In this document: piece after piece, positions 25,786-35,029 of the stretch
Layout of the letters: each line of letters starts with the position of its first letter
Numbering within the stretch: position 1 is the stretch's first letter
From: a virus
Lineage: Duplodnaviria > Caudoviricetes
Length of the DNA: 36,702 nucleotides
Reading direction: 5' to 3' (one strand)
Virus record (IMG/VR): IMGVR_UViG_3300036770_003903
Coordinates: 1 to 36,702 of that record
Program-made: the position numbers and the translations under genes
The notes under the pieces: model-generated
Databases searched by the model: none
Seen by the model: only the letters and a program-made list of their open reading frames with translations
Told to the model about the DNA's origin: nothing

Positions 25786-26148
25786 TTATTCAAACAGAGC
25801 ATCAATTTCAGATTGCTTAACGGCAACAATAGCTGCAATGTCGTCAAGAACCGTGGCATCACGCAAGCGATTAGCTTGCAGTTCATCGTCAACACTATAC
25901 TTGGCGCGAATAGTCTTGGGAATCGAGGCTCGAATCATCTGAGCCCGTGGACTATTAGTCTTGCACCAAGTAATATCTTCAGCTTCACCCTCAACCCATT
26001 GACCTTCTTGAGCTGCGTTAAACACGGCCAAGCAAGCCTCGTCCATTGACGCATACGTCACGTCATCTTTGATGCCGTGCCAAATGGGCGCGTTACCGAA
26101 CCCTGATTGGGGATGCACGTACTCCCCTGTGAATTTGTAGAGTTTCAT
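25786..26148 (-). CDS. Putative tail fibre assembly/chaperone protein
   Basis: 120 aa directly after the fibre gene; IRAKYS.DDE motif; AGGAGG RBS. Confidence 0.55.
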   Translation of the reverse strand: MKLYKFTGEYVHPQSGFGNAPIWHGIKDDVTYASMDEACLAVFNAAQEGQWVEGEAEDITWCKTNSPRAQMIRASIPKTIRAKYSVDDELQANRLRDATVLDDIAAIVAVKQSEIDALFE

Positions 26149-26157
26149 GCTTCCTCC

Positions 26158-28122
26158 TTATGGGTTCATAACCATGTATCGACCACACCAGCCGTTATCG
26201 ATACTGAATTGGGATTCGCCGTTGTTGCCGTGATACAAGACGCGACCATCAGACAGCAAAAGATACTGAGATGTATCTGAGCCGTAAGGATAGCAGGCGT
26301 GATAAAAGTCAACAACAGTTCCGCCAGTCAAGCTTGTATTGCCGTCTTCGCTGGACCAAGGACCTGGCAGCAAAACCGGGCGCTGATAAGCAAAAGCTCC
26401 ATTGTCTGTCCTATACGAACCAAAGTTAACACCGTAACCCATTTGGTAATGGCGGCCAGTTGAATCAATTACTTGCCAACCAGTACTTGATTCACCGTAA
26501 ATATACGGAATAATTTTAACAATGTTGTCTCTTGGAAAAGCACGATCACTATTTGTGGTAATGCCGCCAATATAAGAAAAGTTACGGTTTCTCGTTGTGT
26601 CGCACAAAGTTCCTGGGCGAGTTGGCGTAGAGTTTTCAGTGGTTGTGTTATCACCGTACTGATAGTTACCGTTATAGCCCCAGCACCATAACAGACCATT
26701 AGGCGTGTCAGGAGTGCCACCAATTGCTGCAACAGTTTTATACTCAGAAGTGCCGTTAAGGTGGAATTCACTGAACGTAATGGAGCCGCAGCGGGTGTAA
26801 GCAGACTGGTTAGTCTTGTTGCCATTGCCAAGGTTACCGTTGTTGTTATAACCGGTGCCGTACAACTCGCCATTGTTCTTCATGTAATAAGAACAGCCGT
26901 AGTAGATCCAACCACCTGAGTAGTGAGAACCAACGTGGACTTCAATGTCATAAACACTAGTTGCTCCAGAGATTGTTTGAGGAGCAGTGTAAGCCGTCGT
27001 GTTACCAGTACCAAGTTGACCTTGGGCATTCCAACCCCAAGTATACAGCTGACCAGAAGAATCTACGGCCATAACCATACGAGGTCTTGCATGAATCATG
27101 CGAACGTCGCTGATTGAGCTAACAAGCTGAGGCGTAGTCTGAGGCGAGGTTGTGTTGCCAATGCCGCATTCGCCGTTGCCGTTGAAACCCCAAGTCCAGA
27201 GACGATAGCTGCTGTCAATTGCAAAACAAGTGATGGAGTCTGCTTCACCACCATTCAGTTCCATAGAGGAAGTGAAACCAATAATTTTACAAGACAAGCC
27301 GCCAACAGAAGCATCTGGCCCTAGGTAAGGGACTTTGGTCCAGCTATACACGTCAGTTGTATGGCCCGCCCCTGCTAAACCTTGGTTGTTGTAACCCATA
27401 AAGAATAGGTCACCATCCTTAGTCAAAGCCATAACTGCGCCAGAAGCATTTAATTTATGGATCTGGACAAAATGGTCGCCTGAGCGCATAAGACCAAATT
27501 CACCGCTAAACGACATAAATGCGGTCAAGTCTGAGTGATTGTGGCTGTGTGCGTATTTGCCAGTAATACCGTATTCAGTTGTTCCCCTGGCCATGTATTC
27601 AAACTTATCGTTCAAGAAGCAAGATTGAACCTGACGAGTGTAGCCGCCACGACTATGGGTTCTGGGTCCAAGGCGCGGGTTTGGCAAACCGCTAGCAATA
27701 CGCAAGTTGTTTGTTGCCGGGTCACCGAGCCAAGGTTCATTGCCCGTACCTACAAGATTTGGGGCAGCCCGCCAAGCTCGAGTTGTATTGACATAAATAG
27801 AGTTACCTTGGAAACCTGATTGAGGAGCCCAAGCTACTCCGGAGGCAGTAGCTGTCAAAACAGTGCCGTTTGCTCCAATGCCAAACCGCACAGGATTAGT
27901 TCCATTGTGCGTAGCAAGATCGCCAAGGGTTGTCAAGATGTTAACGCCTTCGACCATCACGTCCCAGTAGGTCGTGTTGGTAGGTGCGTTGCCGGTCGAG
28001 GCTAGTTTACAAATGTAGACGTTGCTGTTGTAACTAACGACGTCGTCGGGTTCATAGGCCGTGGCGCCTGAATAGGCGGCTTTCCACGTGAACTTAATTT
28101 TTCCCAGGTCAAGGGTTGCCAT
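26158..28122 (-). CDS. Tail fibre / receptor-binding protein with RCC1/BLIP-II-like repeats
   Basis: N-terminus LDLGKIKFTW..AY....Y..DDVV.Y, then repeated LxxWGxNxxGxLGxG units. Confidence 0.8.
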   Translation of the reverse strand: MATLDLGKIKFTWKAAYSGATAYEPDDVVSYNSNVYICKLASTGNAPTNTTYWDVMVEGVNILTTLGDLATHNGTNPVRFGIGANGTVLTATASGVAWAPQSGFQGNSIYVNTTRAWRAAPNLVGTGNEPWLGDPATNNLRIASGLPNPRLGPRTHSRGGYTRQVQSCFLNDKFEYMARGTTEYGITGKYAHSHNHSDLTAFMSFSGEFGLMRSGDHFVQIHKLNASGAVMALTKDGDLFFMGYNNQGLAGAGHTTDVYSWTKVPYLGPDASVGGLSCKIIGFTSSMELNGGEADSITCFAIDSSYRLWTWGFNGNGECGIGNTTSPQTTPQLVSSISDVRMIHARPRMVMAVDSSGQLYTWGWNAQGQLGTGNTTAYTAPQTISGATSVYDIEVHVGSHYSGGWIYYGCSYYMKNNGELYGTGYNNNGNLGNGNKTNQSAYTRCGSITFSEFHLNGTSEYKTVAAIGGTPDTPNGLLWCWGYNGNYQYGDNTTTENSTPTRPGTLCDTTRNRNFSYIGGITTNSDRAFPRDNIVKIIPYIYGESSTGWQVIDSTGRHYQMGYGVNFGSYRTDNGAFAYQRPVLLPGPWSSEDGNTSLTGGTVVDFYHACYPYGSDTSQYLLLSDGRVLYHGNNGESQFSIDNGWCGRYMVMNP

Positions 28123-28131
28123 GGCTTCTCC

Positions 28132-29019
28132 TTAAGGTAGCGTGCAAATCAGGTGGCCGTTGTTGTTGATGGAGAACACATTACCCGACGCACCTAGGAA
28201 ACTGTCCTCATAATCGCTTTGTACAAAAGATGCAGACTCGCCAATCACTGAACGATCTAAGATCAATGAACCGCTGCTCTTTCTAAATCCATAGAACGTA
28301 GAGTTATCTTGAGGCGGGGCAATTGTCTCGTATCCAGACAAGTCTGACTTGATACGAATAAATTTAAGTTCATCACCAGAAACAAAAGCCGGTAGACCAG
28401 CGGCGGCAAGTGTTGCTGATGCAGAAGCCGCAGCTGAAGTTGCGCTTGCGGCAGCAGTGCTGGCTGTCAAAGCTGAAGCGGCAGCAGCCGAAGCGTTACT
28501 TTGTGCGTTTGCAATGTCGTCTGTAGACGGACCCATTGCAACTTTGGTTCCTGTTGCATCAACAACCAAAGCTTTGTTTGCTTGAAACTCGTCAACACGG
28601 ATACCGGTTACCGTACTGGTTTCAACGACTTGCAGAGAGCGGTCAAGCTGTTCTTGCAGCTGAGTTGCAATGATTGTTAATTTGTCTAGCGCAGATTCGT
28701 GAGTTTCAGCGGGGAAAGGATCGCCTTCCACATAGTCAACTTGCTGCACAATTGGAGTGCCGCGCAAGATCACAATCTTGAACCCTGAAGCAAGGTTCGT
28801 GTTCAGAATAACAGTAGCAAACTTGGTTGATGCGTTAATTGAGACCGTGTAATCGTAGGTTCCTGCACCACCGCGTGTTTGTAGAGTCTGGACGTTTGCT
28901 GTGTTGACAGTATAAACCTTCAGATCGTCAAGGCCTTGCACCGTGGCGTTGAAGTAAAACGTGTTCGTGGCACCAGTGCCAACTTGAACTACGCGTTTAA
29001 TTTCGGTTTGTACTGTCAT
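28132..29019 (-). CDS. Tail fibre anchor protein (T7 gp17 N-terminus-like)
   Basis: G.G....F.F, YTV, I.R.TP..Q and FPAETHE.ALDKLT...QQL motifs, plus an Ala/Ser-rich stalk. Confidence 0.8.
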   Translation of the reverse strand: MTVQTEIKRVVQVGTGATNTFYFNATVQGLDDLKVYTVNTANVQTLQTRGGAGTYDYTVSINASTKFATVILNTNLASGFKIVILRGTPIVQQVDYVEGDPFPAETHESALDKLTIIATQLQEQLDRSLQVVETSTVTGIRVDEFQANKALVVDATGTKVAMGPSTDDIANAQSNASAAAASALTASTAAASATSAAASASATLAAAGLPAFVSGDELKFIRIKSDLSGYETIAPPQDNSTFYGFRKSSGSLILDRSVIGESASFVQSDYEDSFLGASGNVFSINNNGHLICTLP

Positions 29020-31535
29020 TGTCCTATACTCCCAAGGCTACCCCCGTACGGAACTTGCTGGCTTGGAGGAATAAAAAACTGCTGGTCATTTTCCCGCATT
29101 ATACGGCTTTCCATCCGACGAAGATACCCTGGATTGGCCATTTCTTGCAACTCGTACAAAATCAAGTAGTCCAAGGCTTGTCTAGTATAAAACAAATTGA
29201 TGAACGGAGTATTGTTGATGACCATCCGCATTGCATTTGCGGACACATCTTCACCAGTACGGATGCGGGTAAAAATCTCGGCTAAGTCATCTACTTGACC
29301 GAAGGTCGGACCTGCCAGGGTTGACAAGAATGAGCGGCCATAACGGCTATATTCCCCAAAAAGGAAGTCGCCGTAAATACCCAAGCCTCCGCCCTGGCTC
29401 ATAGCAGCAAACATTAGTTTCGAATCTTTTTCGAGGTCCCCAGTAAACTGACGCGGCTCCTTGCCTTTGAGTACGTCTTTGGCTACCATCGAAGCATATC
29501 CGAACAGGGTAGTTGTTGCAATGATATGGGCCAATCCCATAATATCCGTTTTCCCGTTGGCTGCCCCATGAACTTCGCGACCTAGAGATCGGCGAATTAC
29601 CGTAATTGGGAACGACTTAAACTGCATGATCAGGCGGATAGCTTCACCTTCTACCGTACCGACCTCAGTTCCCTGATTGAGCATGGCTCGTTCAGCTGCT
29701 CCTGGTTGCGGCACAGCAAAGTCTGCCCGGTCCATGAAGTACGTATCCAGGCGGCTGATCAACTCATCGCGCGTCGTGGCTATCTCTCGGGCCGTAGGTT
29801 CCTTCCCGTTTTTAGTCTTAAGGTAATCACTGATCACTGCGTCGTCAAGGTCATCTAGACCCTCTGAGACCATGTATTGTTGACCGTCTTCACCTTTCCT
29901 AACTGCATGCTTACGATAGATTTCCCATTCGGCTTCGCCAATCTGGTACTGTCTAAGCACGTTTGTTAGACGACCGTCGAGTTTACCCCAAGACATCTTG
30001 GCATTGTTGGCCAGGTTTGTACTCATAACCAAAGCCGCGCCCGTTCTGTTTGTGTCGTTCCACCAGCTCATCAAGTTAAGCTTAAAGAACCGTTGCTGCA
30101 ATTTAGACAAGGTTCCAGGCAAGCTATCTTGGCTACCAAAACGAGAGGCAACTTCACCCACCATGCCGTCAAATCCAATACCAAGCAAGCGGGCTAGTTC
30201 TCGACGCTCAGCATCTCCCCGACCCTTAAAAACGCCAGCCAAAGTTTCGCCCCAAGCATTTAGCAAAGGCAATCCTTGATGTCGAAGTTCAGCTGCCTGC
30301 TGAGGTACGTCAGTAATAGACGACAAGAATGCCCCACCAAGCTTAGCCATGTTTTGTACGGCTCGAGTAACGGCGCCAACTTTGGCTAGGCTAACGTTGC
30401 CAGGAATTCTAGTGGTGCCGTCAATCTCTTTGAGCTGGTTCATCAAAGACTTACTAGACAAAGCTTCAATAATCTTTGGATTGTCTCGATGCTTCATCTT
30501 AAGCTCGGTCACAATCTTATCAAACATGGCAACAGGGTTTGTACCCAGGCCCTCCATGATTGCCGTATTCCTGGCCATGTGCTCAAGGCTGCCAATCACG
30601 GCTTCGCTTAGACTTTGAGTACCAAACCTGTCGTTGTAAGCCATGAATGAATCAGCGTCTTTAAAATGCAAGATTCGTTCCTGACTCATCTTCTTAGCTA
30701 GGTTAGCAGGTCCTTTAAAGCCTTGCAAGAAGTTGCTTTCATTGCTGCCCTTGAATCGCTTATGCAGACCAGAGGATAGACCAAGGTAAGCGCCTTCTAA
30801 AAACTTTTGAGGATCTTCTCCACGGAACGTGGTCTCAGGGTCAAGCTTATCAATGATGAAGTCTCGCCAAGCCTCAAATCCAGTTTGTCGAAGTTTGACT
30901 TGGTCGTGCGTCTGACGGAACATGTAGCCAGGACGAGGCTGAATATAAGCACCCGCCCGGTTAGCTCTTTCAATTGCGGTCATCTGATACTTGTGAATGA
31001 CTGCCGCAATCTTTTGGGCTGTTGGATTGTTGCTGATGCCAGGTTGACCGTTAGGCTTGATCTCAAACAGTTCACGAGCAATATCGTCATCCATGTGGCC
31101 GTCTGAAAAGTGAACAAGCAAATCGTCTTTCTCAAGATCATTGATCAAGCGACCAAGATACTTGTGCATCAAAGCCTTACCCTGCGCATCAATGCTTAGT
31201 TTTGAACCAACCTTGCTCTTGACTGAACCAACCATAAGAGCAGACACGCCTTCGGCTGGATTGTCAAAGGCTGCAATTGAGTTGTAGGCTGCAGCCGCAA
31301 CTTTGGCGTTGATCAAGGAGTTGCGTTTTTCAAGAGCAGCTGCCAAGATCGAGTCATCGAGGCGTTGTTTCAAGTGGGCCGCAATGGTAGCATCTAAATT
31401 ATCTGGCTGCAAAGCTTTCTTTTTCTGCGTCAGAAAGTCATCAATCTCAGACAGCAATTGAGTGGCTTGATCATCACTGATCTTGCCTTCACCGGCTGCT
31501 TTCTTGATAACGTTCAAACAATCTTGTAGTGCCAT
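29016..31535 (-). CDS. Internal virion (ejection) protein
   Basis: 839 aa, helical, with RILHFKDA, QFKSFP, GGLGIYGDFLF and PGYLRRME motifs; lies immediately upstream of the fibre genes. Confidence 0.75.
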   Translation of the reverse strand: MALQDCLNVIKKAAGEGKISDDQATQLLSEIDDFLTQKKKALQPDNLDATIAAHLKQRLDDSILAAALEKRNSLINAKVAAAAYNSIAAFDNPAEGVSALMVGSVKSKVGSKLSIDAQGKALMHKYLGRLINDLEKDDLLVHFSDGHMDDDIARELFEIKPNGQPGISNNPTAQKIAAVIHKYQMTAIERANRAGAYIQPRPGYMFRQTHDQVKLRQTGFEAWRDFIIDKLDPETTFRGEDPQKFLEGAYLGLSSGLHKRFKGSNESNFLQGFKGPANLAKKMSQERILHFKDADSFMAYNDRFGTQSLSEAVIGSLEHMARNTAIMEGLGTNPVAMFDKIVTELKMKHRDNPKIIEALSSKSLMNQLKEIDGTTRIPGNVSLAKVGAVTRAVQNMAKLGGAFLSSITDVPQQAAELRHQGLPLLNAWGETLAGVFKGRGDAERRELARLLGIGFDGMVGEVASRFGSQDSLPGTLSKLQQRFFKLNLMSWWNDTNRTGAALVMSTNLANNAKMSWGKLDGRLTNVLRQYQIGEAEWEIYRKHAVRKGEDGQQYMVSEGLDDLDDAVISDYLKTKNGKEPTAREIATTRDELISRLDTYFMDRADFAVPQPGAAERAMLNQGTEVGTVEGEAIRLIMQFKSFPITVIRRSLGREVHGAANGKTDIMGLAHIIATTTLFGYASMVAKDVLKGKEPRQFTGDLEKDSKLMFAAMSQGGGLGIYGDFLFGEYSRYGRSFLSTLAGPTFGQVDDLAEIFTRIRTGEDVSANAMRMVINNTPFINLFYTRQALDYLILYELQEMANPGYLRRMESRIMRENDQQFFIPPSQQVPYGGSLGSIGQ

Positions 31536-31537
31536 GA

Positions 31538-34500
31538 TTACCCCTTAGTCAAGCAAACGGCTGCGGCTTGTGCTGCCTTATACAGGGCTTGAGCGTCCCC
31601 TTCGGCTTTAGTTGCGGCTTCAGCTGCTAGTTTCAATTCTGCGTTAATTGCGTTGGCAAACTCAGGATCCACGTTTGCAAGTTGAGCATCAAGAGACTGC
31701 TGCAACTCTTCAAGTTCCTTGGCGACAAAGCTCATTGGATCTGCTTTATTTTTCAATGTATCACCAACTGCGTCAATTGGCTCGCCAAGAATTGGATCGG
31801 GATCTGCCGCGTTGCTTCCACGCTCTTTGTATGCCTTAGCAATCTTCAGCATCTGCGCGTCAGTTTGTTCTATTGGTTTTGCAGAGTTAGGGTCGACAAC
31901 TTCAAGTACAAGTGAAGGTTGACCGCCATCTCCTTTTGGGGGTAAAACTTTTTTAATCCTAAGTACAGTATTTCTTGGAAGAATGGCCTCGGATTCAATT
32001 GCGACATTAGACAAAACTCCTGGCATTAAAGCCTTCATGCCTGGGGGAACTAAAATTTTTGCAATTACTTCGTATTTTGAATCATTAAATCCTTTGGCGG
32101 TTTGGTATGTAAAAGAAGAACTAGTAAATCCAGGGAAATTAACTAACTCACCTTCAAGGACTTTAAGTAAATTATAGGTGTAATCTCCGCCTACAAATGT
32201 CGGTTTGCTTCCAGTCCAAGTAAACGTTTTCAATCCTAATTTTTGAAGCGAATCATTAAAGGTAGTTACCCAAATCCCGCCTCGATTAACTTCTATTCCT
32301 TCTGATAGTGGATCAATTTTTGAAAAAGCCGAATCAAGTAATTCCGTTGCCTTTTGTACGTCTGGGTCTAGAGGAGTTCCTTTGTTACTGTTTTTCCATA
32401 ATTGATCATTAAGTTTTTGATAAAAAGATCCCGTATAACCAACCAGTACACTCAGTTCGTCCTTTGACAACTTACTTTCTAATTCTTTTCGGTACTTGGC
32501 CATGTAGTCCAAAGCATTTGAGGTGCCGGTTGCTTTAAAAATATTTTTTTCTTCTTTAGCAACTTCTTGCGCCACTTTTTTATATGCATCTTCTAAATCG
32601 TATCTGCGATAAGTTAATTTTTCTTTAATGGTTTCGGCAATGTTTTTGTCCATGCCGTGCAACACCGCGGTATCCAAGAGTTTGTAGATTTCGTCCATGG
32701 GAACCCGCAAAATACGGCGGACGGCTTCTTCCATCATTCCAATTGGAATTGCTGAGTCATTAAAAACTTTAGTTGCCGTTGGATTTTTACTGTTACTAAC
32801 AAGAGTTTTAAACTCGGTAATCTCGTCACTAAAATTATTTCCTTTAGGACTTCCTTGTGCTCGATAAAACAAAGCCCCACCGGCATCAATGCGGATAACT
32901 TCACCGTTTGGCAACTGCATCATGTTCCAGTTAGGTGCGTTGCCAACGACGTCCCAGTTACTAAGATATGCATCAATGACAAAGTGCCTAGTAAATTCAA
33001 GCTTTACTTCTGGCGGTAACTTATTAAAGTCATCTGGGCCTATTGTCTTGGCATTGGGATGAAGCAAGTCAGACGAGATACCAATAGTCTTGCCGCCTTC
33101 AGCAGTCACAATAGAAGTTTTAGTAAATGGAACACCAAACCAACGATACAGAGTAGACGCTACCCACTCGTTCATAGCGAGGTTTGGTTCCATGAACTTG
33201 ACGTAAGAGACTGAACCGTCTTTTTTGTCTGAATAGAAACCGCCTTTGTTTGTACCTTTTTGCTCGCCAATTTGCTTGAGCTGAGTTACGTCAGTAGTTT
33301 CGTCGTAGCCGCCAAAGTTTGCATACTTGTCTGCACCAACTTCAAGAAAGTTACCGAGATCTACGTGAGAAGCAGCAGCAATTGCTTCTTTTCCTTGCGG
33401 GTTTAAGTCAGTAAATACTTGATCAGCAGGATCTTGAGAGAACATGTTTTTCATCATGTCCTCTGGACCAAACATTACGTGGTGCTGGTTCTGAGCGGGA
33501 TCAAAAGCAACATTCCCAATCTCAAAGACGTGGGTCATGTTGTTGGCACTAGTCAGCTTATACGTGCCCTTGTAACCTAGGTTTGCGCCTTCTTCAGTGG
33601 CTTTTAAACCGTGTATGGCCAGTAGATCTTTGAGATTGTCCACAATCTTCGACATGTCGATCTGGTTGCCGTCCTTAGCAAAGCCTGGAGAAGTCAACAA
33701 GCTCAAAGGACCACGAGCAGTTTTGCGTACAACCATGACATTGCCATCGGCCATGCGCACATAGAAAGCAATATTGTTGCCCATGCCTTGAGAGATGGCT
33801 TCACTAACGGCTTCAAAGAATTTGTCGTTCTTCAAAGCAGTAACAATTTGTTGTGCAGTAATTTTAGACGTAGGACCAGTAGCTTGATCCATTAAAGCAA
33901 GACTTGTCTCAACGTCTTTTGCAGGGCCAAACTCTTTAACAGGGCTTGCAGCCGCAGCCAATTCAGGATCAGTTACTTTGCCAACCACACCTCCTGGAGG
34001 ATCTGTTGGATTAACTCTTGGCAAAACTTCTGGAGGACCACCGTTCATGTTTAAAGTAACGGGACTTGCAGGACCTGCCCCGTGGGCGGCAATATGGGCA
34101 ACTTCTACGTCTTTGCCATTAGCCAGTTGCTTGATTGAAGTATCTAGAGCAGTCTTATGGCTTTTTGCCCGTATGGCTTTAAAAGCATCGGCTGCTTTGC
34201 CTCCCGCCGCAAACAAACCACCACCTGCAACTGTACCAAATGTGATATTCATCAACGAGTCGTACATGTCGTAGTCGGCTTTTTCTTGTGTCTTGGCAGA
34301 ATAAATAAGCGGCTCAACACCAAGAGATCCTACAAAACCGGCCTCAGCGCCTCTTGCAAACCGAGACAAACTCTTGTAGCCAGACTCAGCCAACTTAGCA
34401 TATCTTGCTTGGCCAACAAGGGGAATAAAGCCGATGGCCAGTCCAACGGGATCTACAATTGCAGCACCCATCTCCAAGCCAAAAGCAATCCCGTTATCGA

Positions 34501-35029
34501 CAAAGCCCTGAGCTCGATCAAGGGTACTGTTTAGACGAACTTCTTCAAGTTTGCGTTTGTGCTGGATAGACGCCACTAAGCTACTGACAGGTTTGTCCCA
34601 GGACAAATGACCTGGAATACCGTACTTAGTATTGGCCTCGTCAGGTTGCATCATTGTGGGCCGCTCAGTCAGCCCAAACTCCTCAAGAGTTGGACGCTGT
34701 CTTGCCCCCATGCTTGAACCACCACGACCGGCATAAGCACGGCCATACTTCTTGCGTAACTCATCGTCTGAGAACTGAGTAATCTCTTCGGCTCGGCGAA
34801 TCTCTCGCATACGAGAGAGTGAGTCAAGACCTGTTTCTTGCCAACCTTTGTCTAAGGCCGCTCCGGCCACTTGACCAGTGGTCGAACGCAACTCATCAAA
34901 CCCAAAGTTGGTAAACCAACGGGGCGGTGCAGACGCGTTGAAGTTCAAGCTGATGTTCTGAGCCTTTTCAGTGAAAGGCTCTAGATCAAGCAAGTCTTCA
35001 GTGTCTGGAGTAATTTTGAGCTTAGCCAT
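31538..35029 (-). CDS. Internal virion protein with inserted kinase-like and ADP-ribosyltransferase domains
   Basis: The N-terminal ~300 aa resemble ejection proteins (DP..LA..FIP..G, hydrophobic Gly/Ala helices). Kinase motifs GTNKGGFY, YVK, NE and NWD..RID. ART motifs YTG, NRG, FTSSS and ESEAILPR. Confidence 0.75.
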   Translation of the reverse strand: MAKLKITPDTEDLLDLEPFTEKAQNISLNFNASAPPRWFTNFGFDELRSTTGQVAGAALDKGWQETGLDSLSRMREIRRAEEITQFSDDELRKKYGRAYAGRGGSSMGARQRPTLEEFGLTERPTMMQPDEANTKYGIPGHLSWDKPVSSLVASIQHKRKLEEVRLNSTLDRAQGFVDNGIAFGLEMGAAIVDPVGLAIGFIPLVGQARYAKLAESGYKSLSRFARGAEAGFVGSLGVEPLIYSAKTQEKADYDMYDSLMNITFGTVAGGGLFAAGGKAADAFKAIRAKSHKTALDTSIKQLANGKDVEVAHIAAHGAGPASPVTLNMNGGPPEVLPRVNPTDPPGGVVGKVTDPELAAAASPVKEFGPAKDVETSLALMDQATGPTSKITAQQIVTALKNDKFFEAVSEAISQGMGNNIAFYVRMADGNVMVVRKTARGPLSLLTSPGFAKDGNQIDMSKIVDNLKDLLAIHGLKATEEGANLGYKGTYKLTSANNMTHVFEIGNVAFDPAQNQHHVMFGPEDMMKNMFSQDPADQVFTDLNPQGKEAIAAASHVDLGNFLEVGADKYANFGGYDETTDVTQLKQIGEQKGTNKGGFYSDKKDGSVSYVKFMEPNLAMNEWVASTLYRWFGVPFTKTSIVTAEGGKTIGISSDLLHPNAKTIGPDDFNKLPPEVKLEFTRHFVIDAYLSNWDVVGNAPNWNMMQLPNGEVIRIDAGGALFYRAQGSPKGNNFSDEITEFKTLVSNSKNPTATKVFNDSAIPIGMMEEAVRRILRVPMDEIYKLLDTAVLHGMDKNIAETIKEKLTYRRYDLEDAYKKVAQEVAKEEKNIFKATGTSNALDYMAKYRKELESKLSKDELSVLVGYTGSFYQKLNDQLWKNSNKGTPLDPDVQKATELLDSAFSKIDPLSEGIEVNRGGIWVTTFNDSLQKLGLKTFTWTGSKPTFVGGDYTYNLLKVLEGELVNFPGFTSSSFTYQTAKGFNDSKYEVIAKILVPPGMKALMPGVLSNVAIESEAILPRNTVLRIKKVLPPKGDGGQPSLVLEVVDPNSAKPIEQTDAQMLKIAKAYKERGSNAADPDPILGEPIDAVGDTLKNKADPMSFVAKELEELQQSLDAQLANVDPEFANAINAELKLAAEAATKAEGDAQALYKAAQAAAVCLTKG

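Noticed and set aside
28400-28510. Low-complexity GCN-rich repeat
   Set aside because: It encodes the ordinary Ala/Ser-rich stalk of the fibre anchor protein.
26158-29019. Diversity-generating retroelement, considered because the virion genes look BPP-1-like
   Set aside because: No reverse transcriptase ORF and no TR/VR repeat pair seen in the window.
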